DNA of 64,000 bases from the human T2T-CHM13v2.0 reference genome, Homo sapiens. Below the pieces are notes generated by a model, which saw only the letters and a list, made by a program, of their open reading frames with translations, was not told the origin of the DNA and ran no database searches. Positions 55,600-64,000 of this stretch are shown one piece after another (the first letter of the stretch is position 1; each line of letters begins with the position of its first letter). The stretch is from assembly GCF_009914755.1 (NCBI RefSeq), contig NC_060927.1. One strand, given 5' to 3'. Made by a program: the position numbers and the translations under genes.

Positions 55600-56700
55600 G
55601 GACAACCACAGTCACAAAGGATATCACAAGATAGGAGGACAAAGTGACATGTTCTGTTGATGTCAATAAGCCTCTTTATCTGGTCACCCCAGTGCTCGCT
55701 CAATGGGCCTAGGTACTCAGTGGCCATGGTGGCAGGGATAGAAGCTACACATGGGCTTAACCCAGACTTCCTCTCACGAAGGCTGGCCTAGCTAAGGCCA
55801 CTGCTGACTGCCTAGTGACACTCTTAGAAAATCTCTATGGCAATAATATTAAGATAACAATAACCTGGTGAAAATAACATTATTTTGATTATCAAAGTCC
55901 ATTGGATCAGGTCATAGATAAATCTATGTTTAACTGAATTCTGTGCCATAATTGGTTTGATCATGCTCTAAGGTATTTATCTTATTGGTGCATTTATTTA
56001 AGGGTGTCCTAACTAATTCTATCACTGTCAATGTTGTTTACTTTAAACTTTTTAATTGTCTTTGTACTTCAGTTAGCACAGTTAGGCAAACCCAGAGACC
56101 AACACTGAGTCCTTAATATGGCACCATACCCTGGAGGAGTAGCCAGTTACCTGGGGGCAGATCAATTACATTAGACCCCTTCCATCATAGAAGGGACAGA
56201 AATCAGTCCTCATTGTAATATTCTGGAAATGAATTTGCCTTCTTGGTGTACAATGCTTCTACCAGCACTACCTTATGGACTCACAGAATGCCTGATCCAC
56301 TGACAAAGCATTTTGACAGCATTATGTCTGATCCAGGAACTTATTTCACAGCAAAGTAAGTGCAGCAACAGGCTTCTGCCCATAGAATTAACAGGTCCTT
56401 ACCCATACCCCAGTATCTGAAAGGAAATGGCCCAACTTAAAGGTAGAATGGTTTACTGAAGACTCAGTTATATTGCTGGTTAGGAGACACCACCCTAAAA
56501 AAATGGGACTCTGTCTTACAGAATGAAGTAGATGCCATCAATCAGATAATTATATGGTGCTGTTTTCTCCAGCACCACAGAATTCACGGGCCCAGCAATC
56601 AAGGGTGGAAGTGGGAAGGTCTGCTCTCACTGTTAAGACATTCACAGAATATTGTCTTCCCATCCTGCAACTTTGAGCTCTGCTGGTTTCCACATCTTAG
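55600..56700 (+). mobile_element. ERVL-type internal region: decayed integrase with stops and frameshifts
   Basis: Remnants recognisable as ERVL integrase: AQWA..SGHGGRD..YTWA, RPTLSP.YGTIP, LTECLIH, SDPGTYFTAK, NGLLKTQL, IHGPSNQG. Confidence 0.8.
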
Positions 56701-56950
56701 TTTTTCCTTCCACTCATTATATTATATGAGTTTTATTGGAGATTAAATTTACAGTTTAGTCTTTAGATAACAGAAAACTCAGCTTTTAAGGAATTAACAG
56801 AACACAAAGATAGATGTGATGATTGCTGAGATTTTTTGACCTGATTTTGGGATTAGGGAAAGAATGTTTTCTCAATTGTACAAAGGATAGTTGCATCTTA
56901 CAAGGAGAAGACAGTTGTTTTGCTGTTGTATGGAAATTCAAATATGCATA

Positions 56951-57719
56951 TGAAGGAAATAAAAATATTTTACCCCCAAATATATTTATTTGACATATTT
57001 TGAGATCGCTGACAGAGAGCCAGCAAACAGAAGTGGCCCTGCAAAGCTGTCTGTTGTAGGGGAAATTTGCATCTATAGAGAATCTGCATTAATACGGCCA
57101 GGCTTTATCCATATCTAGGAAAGATAAACTGAGTCTGACACCTTAAAGATCTGAAAGAAACATTTACCTGACTATCCTCTCTAAGGGTTGGTACCTGTGA
57201 AATTTCAGCTATGATACATAACAAGAATACCTTTGCTAGCCAAGCCTCCTCCTTTCTCCTTCCTGTAAGTTGTCTTGTCACTAAAACCTAATTTGCCACC
57301 ATAACTGTTTTGGTTGCTTTTTTGTTTTGTTTTGTTTTTGAGACAGGGTCTCACTCTATCACCCAGGCTGGAATGCAGTGGCATGATCATGGCTCACCAC
57401 ATCCTTGACCTCCTGGGCTCCAATGATCCTGCCTCAACCTCTCCAGTAGCTGGGACTATAGGCATGAGCCACTGTGACTATAGGCATGAGCCACCAGCCT
57501 GGCCCCCAAACCTGTTTTTGGCCATGCTCTGAGCCCATATTATTTCTGCAACTTCAAGTTAGTATATAAGCTTCTGAACCTCTTTTAGGGGGTTGGGTCT
57601 TTATTCTGAACGCTCCCACGTATACACGTTAAATAAATTTGTATGTCTTTTCTTCGATTAATCTGCCTTTTGTCAGTTATCAGGGAAACTTCAGGGGGCC
57701 AAGGGCCTTGACCCCTACA
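56951..57719 (+). mobile_element. MER34-like ERV1 solo LTR (4-bp TSD cata/tata) containing an Alu monomer
   Basis: TG...CA ends; aaatattttacccccaaatatattt...ggccctgcaaagctgtct...tatataagcttctg...aataaatttgtatg...cccctaca. Confidence 0.75.
57315..57504 (-). mobile_element. Alu monomer (FRAM-like) with a 19-bp internal duplication
   Basis: Right-arm sequence runs straight into gagccacc..cctggcc; gactataggcatgagccac at 57454-57472 and 57476-57494. Confidence 0.85.
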
Positions 57720-57762
57720 TATAAAAGTGTGGGTCTGGATGCCCAGTAGTCAAAGAGGTGAC

Positions 57763-58424
57763 CTGGGCCGCTAATTAAGTTACTCTCCCTCAGCTACAAA
57801 CCCTGTATTTGGCTGGGTGACATTGGGGCCAGGACTCTGCAAACCAGGCTTCTGCTCTGCCAGCTGCTCCTTGCTGGGTTCTGCCAATAAGTGATGCTAT
57901 GGGGAAAGCTGCAGGGTGGGAGAGGGAACAGGTACTTGCTCCTTCCTGGTTTCTTCTTTTACATTCCTGCAAACCCCCTGCCACTGGCAGCCACAGTGCC
58001 TTCCCCAGCAGCAGTGAACTCCAGTTTGCCACATTGTCAATACTTGCAGATACACCCTCTTTGCACCTCATTGCATCCCTGCCTCAGAAGTCTGCATATT
58101 AGACCCATAGGGCCCTGCCTCTGAGCTCAGAGGCACCAGCATCAGTGCCCAGCATCTCTCCTCTGAGGGCTGGTTTTTCTTTGTGTGCCTCTACCCTCCC
58201 TTAAACTAAGTTTAAATAATTCCAACCTATTCCCTTTGTTTCCTCAACTCTAGGGGATGGGGGCTGCTGCCCGTCATTGCTGCCTATATGATATCTTAAA
58301 GTTATCCTTTCACCTTTGTAGTTACCCAGTTAACTACTTTATATATTGCTAACAATTCTTGATGTTCGATCCTCTGTTCACATAACAGACTGGCTTCTGT
58401 TTCTTGACTGGCCCTTACTGATCA
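57763..58424 (+). mobile_element. ERVL-type 3' LTR (LTR50/LTR52-like)
   Basis: Preceded by PPT-like caaagaggtgac; ggggccaggactctgcaaacca...ttctgccaata...; ends tggcttctgtttcttgactggcccttactgatca. Confidence 0.6.
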
Positions 58425-58760
58425 AGTAAGGCATCCTCATCAATTAGGGGACACAGGATTGGCTGACCAGAATAGGATCATTTGCACATGAGGATGTTCT
58501 GATCAATAGCATATCTAGAGCACCCCTCCTTGATATCCTGGAATGTGAAAATTGACCTTCTGTGATAAAGGCTGACATATGTACAGTACCCTAATATTTA
58601 TAACACATATTCACAAATTATCTGAATCAATCCTTAGAAGAACCCTGAGAGATGTAGCAAGGCAGTCAAATATATCGGCTTTGGAGACACAAAGACTTGA
58701 GCGCAAATCTTGCCTCAATCAACCCACTCATGGGATCTTGGGCAAATTACTTAAATATAG

Positions 58761-59721
58761 TTTTTACATTTCCTATTTCCATAGGTTTTGGGGAACACGT
58801 GGTGTTTGGTTACATGAGTAAGTTCTTTAGTGGTGATTTGTAAAATTTTGGTGTACCCTTCAGCCGAGTAGTATACTCTGAACCCAATTCATAATCTTTT
58901 ATCCCTCACCCCCTCCCCATCCTTTCCCGAGTCCCCAAAATCCATTGTGTAATTCTTATGCCTTTGCATCCTCACAGCTTAGCTCCCACTTATGAGTGAG
59001 AGCATATGATGTTTGGTTTTCCATTCCTAAGTTACTTCAGTAACTTAGTCTCCAGTTCCATCCAGGTTACTGAGAATGCCATTAATTCATTCTTTTTTAT
59101 GGCTGAGTAGCATTCTATCATATATATACCACAATTTATTTATCCACTTGTTGATTGATGGACTTTTGGGCTGGTTCCATATTTTTGCAGTTGTGGATCA
59201 TGCTGCTATAAACATACGTGTGCAAGCGTCTTTTTTGTATAATGGTTTCTTTTCCTCTGGATAGATATCCAGGAATGGGATTGCTGGATCAAATGCTAAA
59301 TCTACTTTTAGTTCTTTAAGGAATCTGCACACTGGCTTCCGTAGTGGTTGCACTAGTTTACATTCCTACCAGTAGTGTAGAAGTCTTCTCTTTTCACCAC
59401 ATCCATGCCAACATCTATTTTTTTAATTTTTAAATTATGGCCATTCTTGCAGCAATAAGGTGGTATCACATTGTGGTTTTGATTTGCATTTCTCTAATCA
59501 TTAGTGATGTCGAGTATTTTTTCATGTTTGTTGGCCATTTGTATATCTTCTTTTGAGAAATGTCTATTCATATCCTTAGCCCACTTTTTGATGGGGTTGT
59601 TTCTTTCTTGCTAATTTGAGTTCCTTGTAGATTCTGGATATTAGTCCTTTGTCAGATGTATAGATGGTAAAGATTTTCTCCCTCTCTGTGGGCTGTCTGT
59701 TTACTCTGCTGACTGTTCCTT
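58761..59721 (-). mobile_element. L1PB-type 3' ~960 bp inserted into a MIR; TSD ttacttaaatat (58747-58758 / 59722-59733)
   Basis: ccataggttttggggaacacgtggtgtttggttacatgagtaagttctttagtggtg...; MIR core continues across the TSD. Confidence 0.9.
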
Positions 59722-60261
59722 TTACTTAAATATTTTGATCCTTACTTTCCTCTTCTTTAAAATGGATGCTGTAGCATCACCCACCTTAGGTCTCTTGTAA
59801 TGGTTGAGAGACAGAAAGTATCATTCAGAGAGAGATCATAAAGCACTTAGCATATTGCCTTATGCAATAAATGCTCTAAAATGTTTGCTACTGTTTCATG
59901 AATGAGAAAAGAGGGAACTGAAGAGCTGAATATACTTGCCCAAAGTTACTACATGAGGCATCCAGGACTTGCACTTGTCTCTTTGCACTCAAGTTACTTC
60001 CCACTGTTTCATGTGTGACACAGTTCTTCTGGAAGCCCCTCTATGAGGGGTGCAGGACCCTGGCCTGCCCAGGTACGATGTTTTGTGTAGGCAACACTTT
60101 ACACTTAGTTTCTGTCTGCAAATACCTGCTCAGGTGCATCTTTCTGGTAAACATCAGCTGGTCCAGGCACACCAATGTGGGTGTGACTCAGGGCTCGTCT
60201 TTTGCCCTGTGGGACCTCAATTTCCTTAAGTAGAGTCATCATCTCCCACATTAGTGGTGGT

Positions 60262-60401
60262 TCTTATTCTTCTTCTTGTTCTTCTCCTTCTTCTCTTTCT
60301 TATTCTTTTCCTCCTCCTCCTTCTCCTTCACCTTCTTCTCCTTCTTCCTCTCCTTTCCTTTCCTCCCCACTTCCTTTTTTTTTTTTTTTTTTTTTTTTTT
60401 T
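60262..60401 (+). repeat. Polypyrimidine (TTC/TCC)n tract followed by poly-T Alu tail
   Basis: About 140 bp almost entirely C/T. Confidence 0.9.
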
Positions 60402-60980
60402 CCAGACAGGGTCTTGCTTTGTCACCCAGGCTGGAGTGCAGTAGTATGATCATTGCTCACTGCAGCCTTGGCTTTCTGGGCTCAAGCAATCCTCCTGCCT
60501 CAGCCTCCCATGTAGCTGGGACTACAGTCACATACCACCATGCCCAGCTATTTTTTAAAAAATTTCTGACTGATAATAATTTTGTTTTTTGTCACTACGG
60601 CTCAAGCACTTTATTTTTACTTCAGTAGGTTTTTGGGGAACAGGTGGTGTTTGGTTACATGAATAACAAGTTCTTTCATGGGGATTTCTGAAATTTTGGC
60701 ACACCCATCACCCAAGCATTGTACACTGTACCGGATGTGTAGTCTTTTATCCCTCACCCCTCTCCCACCCTATCCCAAGTCCCCAAAGTCCATCGTATCA
60801 TTCTCATGCCTTTGCATCCTCATAGCTTAGCTTCCCCAGCTAACTTTTTAAAAATCTGTTTTGTAGAGTCAGGGTCTCACTATGTTGCCCAGGCTGATCT
60901 TGAACCCCTGGGCTCAATTGATCCTCCTGCCTCAGTCTCCCAAAGTGCTGGGATTACCGGCGTGAGCCACTGTGCCTGGT
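60375..60980 (-). mobile_element. AluJ-type element split at its central linker by an L1PB fragment
   Basis: Right arm 60402-60550 and left arm 60855-60980; cccagcta(a)...tttttaaaaa is duplicated at both junctions. Confidence 0.85.
60610..60834 (-). mobile_element. L1PB-type 3' terminal fragment
   Basis: taggtttttggggaacaggtggtgtttggttacatgaa...gtccccaaagtccat...ttgcatcctcatagcttagct. Confidence 0.88.
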
Positions 60981-61174
60981 GTCCGTGGTTCTTCTTAGCT
61001 CTGGCTGCACTTTAGTATCACTAAGGAACTTTCTTTAAAACAAATATTGATATTTGGGTTCTCACCCCCAGAGATTCTAATCTAAGTGAACTGAGGTGTG
61101 ACCTAGACGTGGTCATTAAGTAAAAAACCCTTGGAGTCTACTGTAAAGTCAGAATTAATAAACATTGTTCATCA

Positions 61175-61676
61175 ATGTGCCCCTGGGTCAAATCTGGCTG
61201 ATGACCTGTTTTTGTAAAGTTGTTTTGTTCTGAGACAGAGATTTGCTTTGTTGCCCAGGCTGGAGTGCAGTGGTGCCATCTTGGCTTACTACATCCTCCG
61301 CCTTCCAGGTTCTAGTGATTTTCCTGCCTCAGCTTCCTGAGTAGCTGGGATTACAGGCATCTGCCACCACACCCGGCTAATTTTTGTATTTTTAGTAGAA
61401 ATGGGGTTTTGCTACGTTGACCAGGCTGGTCTCAAACTCCTGGCCTCAAGTGATTCACCCACCTCGGCCTCCCAAAGTGCTGGGAGTACACCGTGCCTGG
61501 CCTGTTTTTGTAAAGTTGTATCGGAACACAGACACACCTATTTGTTTACATATTGTCTATGGCTGCTTTTGTGCTATAAAAGCAGAGCTGAGTAGTTGCA
61601 ACACAGACCACGTGGCCTGCAAAGCCTCAAATATTCACTAATTGCTCCTTTACAGAAAATGTTTGCCAACCCCTAT
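61175..61676 (-). mobile_element. MER58A split by an AluS
   Basis: ggtcaaatctggctgatgacctgtttttgtaaa / ...tgagtagttgcaacacagaccacgtggcctgcaaagcct...ctttacagaaaatgtttgccaacccct. Confidence 0.8.
61224..61502 (-). mobile_element. Alu, AluS-type (Sz/Sx-like); 17-bp TSD tgtttttgtaaagttgt (61207-61223 / 61503-61519)
   Basis: Alu dimer and both TSD copies read directly. Confidence 0.92.
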
Positions 61677-61830
61677 TCTACAAGTCTGTATGAACTCTAT
61701 GGGTCCTCTATCTCTACCATGCTATGGACCTAAGATTCCTATCTGATAAATTAAATAATATAAACCACCCAGAGGAGTGGCTTTCAAACTTTTTAGGCTA
61801 CGACCTATGGTAAGAAATATATCTTACATC

Positions 61831-62039
61831 TGTAGTGGTTTAAAACACATGTCTACAAAGTCTTTGATGGTCTTCCCTTCAAGAGGTGGAGCTTAATTCT
61901 TCTTAGTATGGGCTGGACCTGGCGACATGCTTCTAAGGATTGTAATTCTTCAGCAGAAGTGATGGTTTGTGACGCTGAAAACTTGGTCATAAAGAGGCAT
62001 TTTGGTTTTCATCTTGGTAGCTATCTCTTGGATTACTCA
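61831..62039 (+). mobile_element. MLT1F/G/H-like LTR, 5' fragment
   Basis: tgtagtggtttaaaa...ctttgatggtcttcccttcaagaggtggagc...gggctggacctggcgac...gcagaagtgatg. Confidence 0.65.
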
Positions 62040-62458
62040 GGTTATTAAGTTAGATAATGCAGGTCGGACATTTAGCATTGTGTTTGGTAATAGTAAGTGT
62101 TCCTTAAGTAAAATCTTAGTTCTCATTATTACAATGGTCTTAACAAAATCCCTAATAGTGAGTCATCCTACTAGAGATGATATGTACATTTTATAGGGAG
62201 GAATTGGGGACCTAATCTTATGACTCATTGGTGACATTAAAGTGAGAACTCTAGAGCTGACACCCTAACCTCTGTTTACCTCTTGCCATACCTCAAGAAA
62301 TGCACTTGCACTTCACGTGCTTTGTCTCCCTTAATTGTCACAGCGACTCTATGAAGGACATCCCATTCTTATTCTCAGTTTAGGGCTGGGAAAACTGAGC
62401 ACAGGATTTTTAACTGAACTGAAGGCTGCACAGTTAGTAGTAGAAACAGCATGGGAAC

Positions 62459-62831
62459 TGTCTCAGTCAGTTTGGGCTGCTATCACAAAATACCATAGCC
62501 TGGGTGGCTTATAAACAACAGAAATTTATTTCTCACAGTTGTGGAGGCTGGAAGTCTCAGTCCAGGCTGCCAGCATGGTCAGGATCTGGTGAGTGCCCCC
62601 TTCAGGCTTGCAGATGGCCAAGCTCTTTTATCTTCACAAGATGGTGGAAAGAGCAAGAGAGCTCTCTGTTCTCTGGGGTCTCTCAGAAGGGCACCAATCC
62701 CATTCATGAGGGCTCTATTCTTATGACCTAATTATCTCCCAAAGGCCCCACCTCATAATACTATCACACTGGACGTTACGATTTCAACATATGAATTTGG
62801 GGGGAGGGACACAAACATTCAGTCTAAAACA
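62459..62831 (-). mobile_element. MLT1A-like solo LTR; 5-bp TSD ggaac/gaaac
   Basis: tgtctcagtcagtttgggctgctatcacaaaataccatag...atttcaacatatgaatttgggg...acacaaacattcagtc...aca. Confidence 0.88.
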
Positions 62832-63117
62832 GAAACCCTTAGTTGGATCCCAGAAACTGCCGTTACACCCACATTACTCTTTTAGGACAAGAAAAAGAGG
62901 GAAGCAATTTTGGGGAACCATCATTACTGCTGATGTCAGTGGTTGTGGGGATTGGGGCTGCAGGACTGAAGATCCCAATACATGGGCTGAAAGCCACCCC
63001 ACTTAAGGTACAGGTATGAATGGAATGTGGATAAGAGCACTGCTTCTGGACTATGACAGGGAACTCTGTGACCACTGAGGAGTCTCTTTCCAAAGCCCAA
63101 GGGCAAAGTGATGCTTA

Positions 63118-63320
<203 letters not shown>

Positions 63321-63465
63321 TCAAAGCACCTGCAGGCTCACACCTGTAGGCACTGCCTCAGGGCACAGATGTGGTTCAGAGAAAGATGCCTTGTAGAATG
63401 ACTATGAACCAGGTAGAGCCTTCTATTCCCTGGAAGAGCATGGTTTGCTCATTTATCCATAGATC

Positions 63466-63901
63466 TGTGAAAGGAAAACAAAAACTCAGGACCCCAACTC
63501 ACTATGTCAAAAGGAAAAGGTTAAGCTGAATGTTGAGTCATGCAAGAAACTGCTTTTCCTTTTATTCCTAAGCAGATAGCTATAGATTAAAAGTTAAATA
63601 TCTCCACAGGTAGCTACTCTATGTTCAGCTTACCTTATGTAAAATGCTTATTTACCTAGTGCCAGATGTATACCTAATTGACTATTTCCCTACCTGCTTC
63701 TTTTATCCTGCAACATGTGGATTCAGTAATGCTACCATATCCTCGCCTTTTCCCCTCTAGTCTGCTTTTCCCTTTTAAATACTGAAGCCCTCAAAATCAT
63801 CTTTGGAGAAAGTCACAAACCTCTTCCAGGGCATGTCCTTAACCTTGGCCAAATAAACTTCTAAATAAATTCAGGCCTGTCTCAGATACTTTTGCTTTAC
63901 A
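63466..63901 (+). mobile_element. MER4-family ERV1 solo LTR; 4-bp TSD gatc/gatt
   Basis: tgtgaaaggaaaa...ggaccccaactcactatg...ttaagctga...aaatactgaagccctcaaaatcatctttggagaaag...aaataaactt...tttaca. Confidence 0.82.
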
Positions 63902-64000
63902 GATTCATTGATTCATGCAAACATTTGAATGCTTATTATAAGCCAAAGATTGTGGGAGATACAGATATAAATAAAATGTGGCCTCTGCCTTCAAGGAGCA

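Overview
Primate (human or human-like) euchromatic DNA: CpG-depleted, with Alu, L1, L2, MIR, MER and LTR elements. The window lies inside CADPS (CAPS1, calcium-dependent secretion activator 1), transcribed on the minus strand. Three coding exons are read directly, each with GT-AG boundaries: 24074-23994 (81 nt), 12762-12529 (234 nt) and 7516-7395 (122 nt). From recall these are exons 4-6, running into the start of the C2 domain. Everything else is intron, mostly old transposable elements, including several well-preserved nested insertions and a decayed ERVL provirus remnant at about 55.6-58.4 kb. Apart from the three ORFs that contain these exons, the ORF track looks like chance or repeat-derived ORFs. 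I found no convincing new gene or undescribed biological system. The best leads are modest: a candidate LTR-derived poison exon, inverted Alus flanking the exons, repeat-free motif clusters that may be enhancers, an unexplained insert in the ERVL integrase, a possible short L1 3' transduction and a perfect 21-bp tandem duplication. Repeat family names come from recognising consensus sequences by eye, and repeat boundaries are approximate unless a target-site duplication (TSD) is cited.
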